DNA from: an uncultured Acidobacteriaceae bacterium
GTDB lineage: Bacteria; Acidobacteriota; Terriglobia; Terriglobales; Acidobacteriaceae
Length of the DNA: 64,000 nt
Assembly (NCBI GenBank): GCA_963835895.1
Contig: CAWIHC010000005.1
Coordinates: 207,086 to 271,085, forward strand
Reading direction: 5' to 3'
Made by a program: the position numbers and the translations under genes. Each line of letters begins with the position of its first letter. The stretch's first letter is position 1. Positions 24,599 to 34,438 of the stretch are shown here, piece after piece. The notes beneath the pieces were generated by a model. That model had not been told where the DNA came from. It made no database searches and saw nothing but the letters and a program-made list of their open reading frames with translations.

Positions 24599-25582
24599 AT
24601 GGACAAAAAGTATGATGTGCTGGGGGTCGGAATCGCAGCAGTCGACGATCTGATCTATGTTTCGGATTATCCGCAAGTGGATTGCAAGGTGCCGGTGCAC
24701 GGCAGCACCCGCCAGGGCGGGGGACCTGCCTGCACGGCGATTGCTGCAGTCGGGTCACTAGGGGGACGCGCTGCCTATGTGGCGCGATTTGGAAGCAACG
24801 ATTTATCCAGATTCATCGAATCCGCGCTTGAGCATCGCGGAGTAGATATCTCGCATATCGCGCAAGATCCGGCAGGTGGGCCGTACCACAGTGTTATCGT
24901 GGTTGACGGCTCGGGCCATCGCAACGTGTTTTACAGCCCGGCACTTTATAAGGTGGTTAGCCCTGATGATCTACCGTCCGCCCTGATTCAGTCTGCCACG
25001 CTCGTCTTGCTTGACCACATTACTGAGCCAGCGCTCACCTCGGTCGCAGAGAAGGTTCATGCCTTGGGAGTACCCGTATTGGGGGATATCGAAGGCTGCT
25101 CTGAATCCGCAAGAGATCTGGCAATATTGACCGATTACCTGATAGTTCCCAAGGCGTGGGCCCTCTGGGCCAGCAGCGCACAGGACCCTCGCGAGGCCTG
25201 CGCGTTCCTGGCCGGCACTCAACGTCTCGCGACAGTTGTAACCGACGCTGCAGGAGGCTGCTATTGCAGCTCGAGGACGGACCCGACTGTGCGCCACTTC
25301 CCGGCTTTCAAAGTTGACGTCTTCGATTCCACTGGGTGCGGAGATACATTTCATGGCGCTTTCGCGTTGGCAATTGCGAGGCATCTTACTGTCGAGGAAG
25401 CAATTACATTTGCTTCGGCGGCGGCCGCTCTCAAAGCCATGGCTGCGGGAGGACAACGTCGGGGGTGGGATGCACTTCCTTCGCTTGATGAAGTGTCTCG
25501 GTTTCTCCAGGCTACACTCAAGGAACCTGAAAGATCCTCATTGTTGAAAAGTCTTCAAGCTCTTAGAAATCCCGTGCTCTAG
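24599..25582 (+). CDS. PfkB family carbohydrate kinase
   Basis: GGGPACTA N-terminal signature; DSTGCGDTFHGAF C-terminal signature. Confidence 0.93.
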   Translation: MDKKYDVLGVGIAAVDDLIYVSDYPQVDCKVPVHGSTRQGGGPACTAIAAVGSLGGRAAYVARFGSNDLSRFIESALEHRGVDISHIAQDPAGGPYHSVIVVDGSGHRNVFYSPALYKVVSPDDLPSALIQSATLVLLDHITEPALTSVAEKVHALGVPVLGDIEGCSESARDLAILTDYLIVPKAWALWASSAQDPREACAFLAGTQRLATVVTDAAGGCYCSSRTDPTVRHFPAFKVDVFDSTGCGDTFHGAFALAIARHLTVEEAITFASAAAALKAMAAGGQRRGWDALPSLDEVSRFLQATLKEPERSSLLKSLQALRNPVL

Positions 25583-25808
25583 GCGAGGTAGCTGAGCGTT
25601 ATGGAGCTTCCGTCCTTGTGCGGTCATGGAGAGTGTAAATCTTCTGCGTGGAAGGCCACGGCCGTTTGATTGGATTGACCTGAGAAACTGTCAATTTGCC
25701 GGAGCGGCAGGGGCGCACCGCATGAATAAGTCAGAACTCCCATGAGCAATACAACAATTCCTTTTTACCTGAAAAAGGACGCAGGCTCGAAAGCGGGTAT
25801 GCCCATCC

Positions 25809-26828
25809 ATGAATAGCACAGAGTTCGGATTTCTACTCCTGACGGTCGCAGGTTTGATGAATGCGAGTTTTACCCTACCCATGAAATTCACGCGAAGCTG
25901 GGCCTGGGAAAATACATGGCTGGTCTGGTCTTTCTTCGCCCTGCTCATGCTGCCGGCAGTGGCGACGTTCTGCTCGGTGCCTGAACTTGCAGTGGTATAT
26001 CGAATGTCCAGCATTGCACAGTTATTGTGCGTAATGGCTTTCGGAGTTGGCTGGGGCATATCGCAGGTCTTCTTCGGCATAGCTGCCGAAGCGATCGGCA
26101 TTGCGTTGACCTTCTCCCTCGTTTTGGGCACTTCTGCCGCAGTGGGCGCACTGGTACCTTTGCTGCGCCTCAATCCAGATAAACTCCACACTCCCGCGGG
26201 ACATAGTTTGTCACTGGGTATCGCGACGGTCCTGCTGGGCGTAGCGATTTGCGCGGTTGCCGGAAGGATGCGCGAAAGCGCGAGGCCCAGTCCCGTTTGC
26301 AAGCAGCACAACAACGCAACAGCCGGCTTGATTCTCGCCATCCTCTGCGGATGCGGAGCCGCCTTTATGAACTTCGGCCTTGCCTTTGGTGCGCCACTGA
26401 GCGACATGGCCATCCGGTATGGCGCCAATCGCGTCAGTGCCGGCAACGCCGTCTGGTTACCACTCTTGGTGGCCGGAGCCATACCCAACCTGCTTTACTG
26501 TCTCTATCTGCTGAACAGAAATTCGAGCGGCCGCAATTTCAGACGTTCAGGGCTCAATCACTGGATTCTCGCTCTTGCGATGGGCGTTCTCTGGTTTGGC
26601 AGTGTATTGCTCTATGGAGCATCTGTGTCACAACTTGGCCCTCTCGGAGCTGCCGTAGGCTGGCCGCTTTTTATGTCACTTATTGTGCTTGCTGCCAGCT
26701 TCTTGGGCATCGTGACCGGGGAATGGCGGCGCAGCGGTCACTGGCCCCTTGCCATTCAGTTGACGGGTGTAGCTGCACTGATTCTCGCTATCTTCATCTT
26801 AGCCAGCGCCACTCACGCATTGGCTTAA
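25809..26828 (+). CDS. L-rhamnose/proton symporter (RhaT) family transporter
   Basis: ASFTLPMK...WAWENTWLVW, ~10 TM segments, GWPLFMS, GEWR. Confidence 0.88.
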   Translation: MNSTEFGFLLLTVAGLMNASFTLPMKFTRSWAWENTWLVWSFFALLMLPAVATFCSVPELAVVYRMSSIAQLLCVMAFGVGWGISQVFFGIAAEAIGIALTFSLVLGTSAAVGALVPLLRLNPDKLHTPAGHSLSLGIATVLLGVAICAVAGRMRESARPSPVCKQHNNATAGLILAILCGCGAAFMNFGLAFGAPLSDMAIRYGANRVSAGNAVWLPLLVAGAIPNLLYCLYLLNRNSSGRNFRRSGLNHWILALAMGVLWFGSVLLYGASVSQLGPLGAAVGWPLFMSLIVLAASFLGIVTGEWRRSGHWPLAIQLTGVAALILAIFILASATHALA

Positions 26829-28036
26829 GCAAGAAACGATTCACGCCCTTCTGCCGGAACGAAAAAGGAAGCCATCCCACTCGTGCCATAAATGCAGAGG
26901 GCATCACCAGCAGGAACAACATTATCGATGGAGCGCATCTCAGTGGGCACTGTGAAGAGAAACATCATATAGCGTGCAGTTCTCTTCCCATAGGCGGGGA
27001 CGTAACATCCCCTCGGAGTGTTGGAAAAGCGTTTTCCTGGAAGGCACTCCTTCGCCGCCAGCGGCAATGGTGTTGTGCCGAACTCCATTCCGCGAGCTTG
27101 AGTATTGCCGTTCCAGGGAGCGTTCTGACGCGTACAGTTCTCCTCCCAGATCGCCATCCAGGGAAAGTCCTCTCGGCGAAAACAGTAGCCCACACCCAGA
27201 CCTAGTCGCCAGTTCACGGCTAGCAGAAATTCTATCTAACGTCCCGGATCCAGCTTCATGCCAGCCAGAAAACCCTTCCCCTTTTCAGTGAACGGAAGTC
27301 TTAGATCGACAGATCTTTTGCCAGCCCCGAGTCGCACAAATGGCCAAGAAAAGTGCCGGTTGTTCGGAAGCAGCAACTGGCCTTCGTAGTCGAGTGGCGA
27401 AGTCATTCCAGACTGGGCTGAAGCGATTAATGTGCTGACCCCTTCGCTTAGAAATGGCCGTCCGAATGTAACGTGCTGGACCCAATCGTACCGATGCTCT
27501 GTTCCGCGTTCGTTGCACACAGTCTCTTCAACGTATGCGACGCTTTGTCCTTTGTATAATTGAATCTTCCTTTCAAATGTCAATTGCGAGATTGGCAGCC
27601 TCACTTCCCACCTGCACTGCCCGCTGTGGGACTCTGGGGAGTCAAGTACACTCCATCGAGTGGTGGCGGCCTCACCGTGAAGACCAAGACCCGCAGCAGC
27701 CTTCTCGGGCGCAGGATCACCGAAATAATCAAGGCAAAGCGCATGCCCCGTGAACCCCGCAAGGAACTTACCTGTTGCAGGAGGGCCGTATAGAAGCGAC
27801 ATGTCGGCTGACCACGCCCGATCCGGATCGCAAATTGTCCAAGGGGCCTCCCAAAGGACGTTCTGTGACGGACGTCCATCCCGATCGACAAATCGAAAGG
27901 ATGCCAGGTGTCCGCCGCCTGCGAGTGCAATCAGTTCCACAATCCCATTCGTTTGCCGAATTGCGTCGCAGCCTTTCCACTTGACTTCTTCGCGAATCAG
28001 CTCAGGGAAGGAATTCGTTGTTCCCATTTGCTTCAA
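26825..28036 (-). CDS. Aldose-1-epimerase/DUF4432-like beta-sandwich protein, frameshift near 27225
   Basis: GGHLAS, GHALCLDYFG, HGEA, WVQHVTFG, FPWMAIWEEN, RGMEFGTTP. Confidence 0.6.
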
Positions 28037-28187
28037 TTCCCTTTTCCTTTCGTTGCTATCATCCTGATCAAACTTAACTCATGGATCATCGATTGCAAAC
28101 TGATGGTTGCCTGTGTTCTTCTGAATGAACTGGTCGCCATGAACATGTAAACCGCGTCTTTGGTGGCCTGCAAGTTGTGCGACACAT

Positions 28188-28272
28188 ATTTCAAGAGGCG
28201 AAACGATAGCTGAGTTTATAAGTTTTGCTCGATGAAACAAATGCCCTGCCTCGATATGTTGCGTGATGAAAC
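28188..28272. promoter_or_regulatory. Three phased 17-bp operator-like sites (34-bp period)
   Basis: atttcaagaggcgaaac (28188), gttttgctcgatgaaac (28222), atgttgcgtgatgaaac (28256) resemble the 23159 palindrome. Confidence 0.45.
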
Positions 28273-28741
28273 CATCGCTTGGCTCGTCCAGAGAAATTCC
28301 ATCAAACGGAAAAGAAGGTAGGCAGAATACTCGCTTTGTTGCACTGGAATACCTGAGAAATCATACGCAATCGACGCAATGAGAATGAAATTAACATATT
28401 CTTAATCAGCCGGTTACAAATCCTCACACAAAGCCCGAGACGTAACCGCCCCAAGGGAAATGGCGCTACTCGGCTGGCACAAGCCGTTAGAGATCCCTAT
28501 CGTCCAAAACTCGGCGCGCATTGGAAACTCCGGTGCGTAATCATCCAGCTCATTCAGCAAATTTCTTTTCTCGAATTTCGATCTTGACGCTAATAGTCTC
28601 GCCTAAGTATTTCTCTCCTCAAATGTGAGAGTGGCTTGTTCTGGAGCAACAGTGAGGTCGGATGTTCGCATCGCGAAGGGAATCGCTGATCCGAGCGTCC
28701 TCTTGAACACGATCACAATCGACAACCATTTGGAGGCTACA

Positions 28742-31700
28742 ATGCGAATATTTGCTTTGAACCAGACGAGAATGGTAGCGGTCTGGAGGACGATCATCCT
28801 CTGCGCCGCTGTCATAGTACCTGGCATCAACGGGAACTCTCAGATGGCCGGTACCGGCAGTATCCAAGGTACCGTGACGGACAATACAGGAGCTGTTATT
28901 CAAAACGCGTCCGTCACGGCCATCAATTCCGCCACTCAGGTAAAACACCCTGTGAAGACTGATGAAAATGGTCTTTATAGCGTGCCAAACCTTGTTGTTG
29001 GCAACTACACCGTCGAAGTGACAGCGCCCGGTTTTGCGACTTTCAAACAGACGGCCATCACTCTCGAAGTCGGCAGCAGTATCGCAGTCAATGTGCACAT
29101 GAAGGTCGGGTCTGAAAACCAGTCGATCGAGGTCCAGGCGAGCGCCCTTTCGCTGCAGACCGAGGATACCTCGTTCAAGCAGACGGTTGACCAAAACGAC
29201 GTGATGGAGATGCCTCTGAACGGGCGTCAAATGACCTCGCTGATCACGCTGGCTGGCGCGGCTGCTCCTGCTGCCGCAAACGACATCCAGGGCAGCAAGA
29301 ACTTCTACAGCTCGGTTGTAATCTCCGTTGCCGGCGGCATGGGCAACCAGACCGACTACCAACTGGACGGCGGCGACAACAACGACTACATGACGAACAT
29401 CAATCTGCCGTTCCCCTTCCCCGATGCCGTCAGCCAGTTCAGCGTAGAGTCGACTGACCTCGGCGCGCAGCAGGGCCTGCACTCAGGCGGATTCGTCAAC
29501 GTCGTCACCCGCTCCGGCTCGAACCAGTGGCACGGTTCGGCGTTTGAATTCATTCGCAACAACTACATCGACGCCACCAATTTCTTTTCGTCCACGAAGG
29601 ACACTCTTCACCAGAATCAATTTGGCGGAACCCTCGGCGGGAAGGCTATCAGAGATAAGCTCTTTTTCTTCGGCGGCTATCAGCGCCTGAAGGCCGATCA
29701 GAGCTCTTCCAATGCCGCGGCACTCGTCCCCACCCCGGCAAATCTCACTGGCGATTTCTCGGTTACCGACGGGACTGCCTGCCTCAGCAATTTCAATCAG
29801 CTCCTGGATCCGCACACTGGGGCCGCGCTGACCAACAATCAGATCAACCCGAACGAATTTGATAAAAGCGCTCTGGCGTTAGCCAAATACCTTCCTACGC
29901 CCTACGATAGCTGCGGCGACGCGAAATATGCGATTCCCTACGACATTTGGGAAAACGAAATCATCGCCCGCGTAGACGGCGCGATCAACCAGAAACACAG
30001 TTTCTACGGAAGGTACTTCCTGGATGGCTACACGCATCCGGCGTTTTACTCTCCAACCGACATTCTGGTCACCAACGCCTCCGGAAACTACGAGCGCGTG
30101 CAGACTTTGACCCTTGCCGACACCTACGTGTTCAATTCAAGGACGGTGAACACATTCCATGCTACGGGGACGAGGCGTCGCATCAACCGTGGACCAGCGC
30201 CTGGAGGAATCAACGCCGCAACCATCGGCGTCAATATGTATGTCCCTTCCGGCCCAAGTCTGGGAATCGTAACCAGCAAGTGGGACACTTACCAGGGAGG
30301 CGTAGGAGCCCATTTTGATGACAACTTGTTCTCCTTTGCTGACGATGTAAACCTGGTCCACGGCAAGCATCAGATCGTGTTCGGCGGAGAATATAATCGC
30401 AATGAACTGAACATCATCAACGGCTACCAGGCCTACGGGCAATTCAATTTCAATGGCACGTTCAGTAAAAGTGGCCCCGCGGGCACAAGTACGGGCGGTG
30501 GCAGCGGTGACTCGAACCTCGATTTCCTGACTGGCGCCATGAGCAGCTTCAGCCAGAGCGGATACCAGCAGAACGCCCTTCGCGCTCCGATTCCGAGCTT
30601 ATACGCTCAGGATACCTATCATGCGACAAGCCGGCTGGTTTTGTCTGGCGGGCTCCGCTGGGAGCCGGAATTCTGGCCCGTGGATTACTTTAACCGCGGC
30701 GCCGTCTTTAACAACGTCGGCTTCCTCGACAACCAGCACAGCCAGGTCTACCCGAACGCGCCTGCCGGTATCTTCTTCTATGGTGACAAGGGCGTTCCCA
30801 AGGCCTTCACCGGAAATTCGCCCTGGCAGTTTTCGCCCCGGCTCGGACTCACTTACGATCCGAAAGGCGACGGCAAGATGGTCATCCGCCTCGGCGGTGC
30901 TCTGGTCTATGACATGCCAAACTTCTTCACTGGCCAGCGCGTGCAGCAAAATCCACCGTATGCCACGGACGTAGCCAACACTCCGGTCGGGCAGCCGTTG
31001 GTCTTCTCTGCTCCCTGGTCTAATGGTGCTGTCACAACCAATCCATTTCCGTTGGCCAACCCACCGACTGCTGCAACCGCAGTGTTCCCAAAGGGCTCGC
31101 AGTATATCGTTCTGCCGCCGCATTTCCGTACCCAGTACACCACGCAGTGGACGGCAAGCGTGCAGCGCAACTTTGCTCGTGGCTGGCAGGTCCAGGTCGA
31201 CTACATCGGAAACAAATCCTCATTCGTCGCGTACGGCTACCCGCTCAACCCGGCGGTCTACATACCGGGCAATTCCAGCACAGGCAACTACGCTGCGCGG
31301 TTCAGGCTGACGCTGGAGAACGCAACGCAGGGCCCGCTGTTTTCAGGCGGGGGCGGCGGCTCGCTTCTGGGCACGGCCGGGGCCACTGCCAACTATAACG
31401 CAATGGTCGCGACAATCCAGCACCGCCTGTCATCTACCTTCAGTTTGCTCGCCAACTATACCTGGTCGCACTGCATCGATATCGAAGACGCGCAGGGCGA
31501 TCTCAACGGCACGACGGTGGAGAATCCCGACAACATCGGCATGGATCGCGCGAACTGCGGCTTTGACTATCGTCACATCGTCAATGCCAGCGTTGTCGCA
31601 AAGAGCCACTTCTCGCTTCCGCGTACAGCAGGCCTCATCGTCAACAACTGGGAGATCGCTCCCCTCGTGCGCATCACCGACGGTGCTCCGTTCACAATGC

Positions 31701-32128
31701 TCACAGGCGAAGATCAATCGTTGACCGACATCGGCACGGATCGCCCGAATATTGTGCCGGGACAACAGATCTACACTGGAAATAAGATCCTGAACAGCGG
31801 CGCCTCACCCCAGTATGCCTATATCAACGGCAATGCGTTTACACCGCAGGCCATCGGCACCTACGGCAATGTCGGACGAAACTCGCTTCGCGGTCCAAAG
31901 TACTTTGAGATGGACACCGCTCTGAGCCGCTTCTTCCCGATCCACGACCGGCTCGCGCTGGACTTGCGGCTTGAAGCGTTCAACACACCCAATCACCCCG
32001 ACTTCGGCACTCCTGTTTATCCTTGGGCTCTGTGGAGCACAATCGGAGCTGGTTACTATGCCGGCTGGATTGACAGCCAAACGAACGGGGCCCGCATCTT
32101 CCAGGGCGCCGTGAAGCTCCAATTCTAA
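28742..32128 (+). CDS. TonB-dependent receptor (Oar-like), intact
   Basis: GSIQGTVTDNTGAV, MPLNGRQ, PFPDAVSQFSV, RSGSNQWHGSAFEFIRN, QNQFGGTLGG, FSPRLG, RLEAFNTPNHP, ends KLQF*. Confidence 0.95.
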   Translation: MRIFALNQTRMVAVWRTIILCAAVIVPGINGNSQMAGTGSIQGTVTDNTGAVIQNASVTAINSATQVKHPVKTDENGLYSVPNLVVGNYTVEVTAPGFATFKQTAITLEVGSSIAVNVHMKVGSENQSIEVQASALSLQTEDTSFKQTVDQNDVMEMPLNGRQMTSLITLAGAAAPAAANDIQGSKNFYSSVVISVAGGMGNQTDYQLDGGDNNDYMTNINLPFPFPDAVSQFSVESTDLGAQQGLHSGGFVNVVTRSGSNQWHGSAFEFIRNNYIDATNFFSSTKDTLHQNQFGGTLGGKAIRDKLFFFGGYQRLKADQSSSNAAALVPTPANLTGDFSVTDGTACLSNFNQLLDPHTGAALTNNQINPNEFDKSALALAKYLPTPYDSCGDAKYAIPYDIWENEIIARVDGAINQKHSFYGRYFLDGYTHPAFYSPTDILVTNASGNYERVQTLTLADTYVFNSRTVNTFHATGTRRRINRGPAPGGINAATIGVNMYVPSGPSLGIVTSKWDTYQGGVGAHFDDNLFSFADDVNLVHGKHQIVFGGEYNRNELNIINGYQAYGQFNFNGTFSKSGPAGTSTGGGSGDSNLDFLTGAMSSFSQSGYQQNALRAPIPSLYAQDTYHATSRLVLSGGLRWEPEFWPVDYFNRGAVFNNVGFLDNQHSQVYPNAPAGIFFYGDKGVPKAFTGNSPWQFSPRLGLTYDPKGDGKMVIRLGGALVYDMPNFFTGQRVQQNPPYATDVANTPVGQPLVFSAPWSNGAVTTNPFPLANPPTAATAVFPKGSQYIVLPPHFRTQYTTQWTASVQRNFARGWQVQVDYIGNKSSFVAYGYPLNPAVYIPGNSSTGNYAARFRLTLENATQGPLFSGGGGGSLLGTAGATANYNAMVATIQHRLSSTFSLLANYTWSHCIDIEDAQGDLNGTTVENPDNIGMDRANCGFDYRHIVNASVVAKSHFSLPRTAGLIVNNWEIAPLVRITDGAPFTMLTGEDQSLTDIGTDRPNIVPGQQIYTGNKILNSGASPQYAYINGNAFTPQAIGTYGNVGRNSLRGPKYFEMDTALSRFFPIHDRLALDLRLEAFNTPNHPDFGTPVYPWALWSTIGAGYYAGWIDSQTNGARIFQGAVKLQF

Positions 32129-32288
32129 CCAGTGTGCCTCGCTCGGCCACAGCATGGTCGGGCGAGGTAACTAAGTTCGGCATCGCTTTGCAATCGGCAT
32201 TCAAGCACTATGGTAGTGCCAGAGTTTGCGCACCTTGGGTCTTCCTTGGAACGGAAGGAAGGTTGTTGGGCTGGGGTTGTCTTGCTCA

Positions 32289-32460
32289 GGCCGGAATGAA
32301 ACAGTGATCCGCGAGTACATCCGCAATCAGGAGCAAGAAGACAAACGGTTAGACCAGCCGAACCTCTGGAAGTGATCAGCCACAGTCAAGGTGGCCCAAC
32401 GGAAGCGGGGGCGCGTGAGCGACCCCGCTCAAGCTGCTTTAAGCGGCTCAAAACGTATGG
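32289..32460 (+). mobile_element. IS200 tnpA 3' fragment and partial right end
   Basis: 32289-32375 translates GRNETVIREYIRNQEQEDKRLDQPNLWK* (TnpA helix with catalytic Tyr), followed by hairpin-rich IS200-type 3' sequence. Confidence 0.85.
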
Positions 32461-32484
32461 CCTCCCCATGTTGCGAGGTCGAAC

Positions 32485-34242
32485 ATGAGGCACAGCTCGA
32501 ATTACGACAAGCGACCGACGATCCGGATTTCCGATGATACCAATGTATGCCTGATCGGCTGGACGGCGATTGCGCAGGAATTGAGGAGCCAACTCACCGG
32601 CGAACACTCGGTGATCGCTGTGGAGTGCTATCCCGGTGTGGATATCGAGGAGGTCCGGTCCGGTTTCGATAAGCTGCTGGGTGGAACGGTGGTGTGTGCG
32701 GAACGCGCGCTCAAATCTAAAGATGAGTTAGCGGAGTTTCTGGCTCCATGTCTGGGCGACGATCCGGTCTTTGGGAAGATGGCGGCTTGGGAACTGGGCG
32801 CACTCTTCGATGCTGCGAAAGTCGCGCAATTGCGCGGTGAGATTGCATGCGCCGGCGGCGCGGTACTGGTGCTTGGAGCGGGCGCGGCGTATGTGACGGA
32901 GAAGTGGGATCTGCTGGTGTATTGCGATGTAACGCGTTGGGAAATCCAACAGCGCCAGCATGCGCACCGGATAGGCAATATCGGAGCGAACAATGAATCA
33001 GCTTCGCCTGCGGAGTTCTACAAGCGGGCTTACTTTATCGATTGGCGCGCTGCCGATTCCGAAAAGCATCGCTTGCACCGCGATATCGATTTCTACATCG
33101 ACACTAACATAGCCCACCAGCCGGCGATGATTTCCGGAAACAGCTATCGCGAGGCGTTGGCAAGGGCAGTGCGCCGCCCGTTTCGTGTGGTCCCGTTTTT
33201 CGATCCAGGACCTTGGGGAGGAGAGTGGATGCGGCGGCATTTCGATTTGCCTATGAACGCGCCCAATTTTGCCTGGTGCTTCGATTGCGTTCCAGAAGAG
33301 AACAGCGTCCGCTTCGGATTCGGCAGCAAGGTTATCGAATCGCCCTCACTGGCGCTGGTTCAAGAGCACCCGCAGGAGTTGCTCGGCACCTATGTTTTAG
33401 GTCGCTTCGGCGCGGAGTTTCCCATCCGCTTCGATCTTCTCGACACGGTGGAAGGTGGTAACTTATCGCTCCAGGTGCATCCTTTGCGCAGCTACATCGC
33501 AGAGCATTTCGGAATGTCGTACACACAGGACGAGAGTTACTATCTCTTGGACGCGGAACCCGATGCAGCGGTGTACCTGGGGCTGCGGTCGGGAGTCGAC
33601 GCGGCGCAGATGCGCAAGGACCTGGAAGCGGCGCAGAAAGGGGGAGCGCCGTTTCCCGTTGAGCAGTATGTAAACGCATGGCCGGCGAAGAAACACGATC
33701 ACTTCTCTATCCCTGCGGGAACGATCCACTGCTCGGGCAAGAACAGCATGGTCCTGGAAATCAGCGCGACGCCTTATATTTTCACCTTCAAATTGTGGGA
33801 CTGGAATCGGCTGGGCTTGAATGGATTGCCGCGGGCAATTCACCTGCAGCATGGCCTCGCAAATATCCAGTGGAGTCGTGATCGCGATTGGGTTAAGAAC
33901 AACCTAGTCAATCCGATCCGCGAGGTTGCACGCGGCGAAGGCTGGCGAGAGGAAGCAACTGGTTTACATGAACTTGAGTTTCTTGAGACACGGCGGCATT
34001 GGTTCACGTTACCGGTGCTGCATGACACCGAGGGGACACTGAATGTGCTGAACCTGGTGGAAGGGGAGGAAATCGTAGTCGAAAGCCCCGACCACGCTTT
34101 CGAGCCATTCGTCGTGCACTACGCCGAGACGTTCATTATACCGGCGTGCGTTGGGCGGTACCGGATTTCGCCAACGGAGACATCCGATAAACCACTCGCA
34201 ACCATTAAAGCTTTCGTCCGGATTAGGACGGGAACCAGCTAA
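32485..34242 (+). CDS. Long-form class I mannose-6-phosphate isomerase-like protein (N-terminal extension + cupin)
   Basis: PFFDPGPWGG, FDCVPEEN, EFPIRFDLLDT, LSLQVHP, TQDESYY, IPAGTIHC, LEISATP. Confidence 0.85.
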   Translation: MRHSSNYDKRPTIRISDDTNVCLIGWTAIAQELRSQLTGEHSVIAVECYPGVDIEEVRSGFDKLLGGTVVCAERALKSKDELAEFLAPCLGDDPVFGKMAAWELGALFDAAKVAQLRGEIACAGGAVLVLGAGAAYVTEKWDLLVYCDVTRWEIQQRQHAHRIGNIGANNESASPAEFYKRAYFIDWRAADSEKHRLHRDIDFYIDTNIAHQPAMISGNSYREALARAVRRPFRVVPFFDPGPWGGEWMRRHFDLPMNAPNFAWCFDCVPEENSVRFGFGSKVIESPSLALVQEHPQELLGTYVLGRFGAEFPIRFDLLDTVEGGNLSLQVHPLRSYIAEHFGMSYTQDESYYLLDAEPDAAVYLGLRSGVDAAQMRKDLEAAQKGGAPFPVEQYVNAWPAKKHDHFSIPAGTIHCSGKNSMVLEISATPYIFTFKLWDWNRLGLNGLPRAIHLQHGLANIQWSRDRDWVKNNLVNPIREVARGEGWREEATGLHELEFLETRRHWFTLPVLHDTEGTLNVLNLVEGEEIVVESPDHAFEPFVVHYAETFIIPACVGRYRISPTETSDKPLATIKAFVRIRTGTS

Positions 34243-34438
34243 TAGCAGGGATACTCGATCGCCATCAATGAGTCTGCGATGGAGTTCCAGTATGGGATTC
34301 TTATACCTCTGCGCAGTTACAAGATGGCTGCCTGCACGAATACAGGCGAGGTAGACTAGCGGCACACACGTCAATTCGGCTAAATTAGGCATGATTGCGC
34401 AAAATCCCAGGAGTTACTCGTTTCATGCTGAGCAGTTC

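Noticed and set aside
23476-26828. Assignment as canonical rhamnose or sulfoquinovose operon
   Set aside because: No RhaA/RhaB/RhaD, GH31 sulfoquinovosidase or YihS-type isomerase present; only the pathway logic is similar
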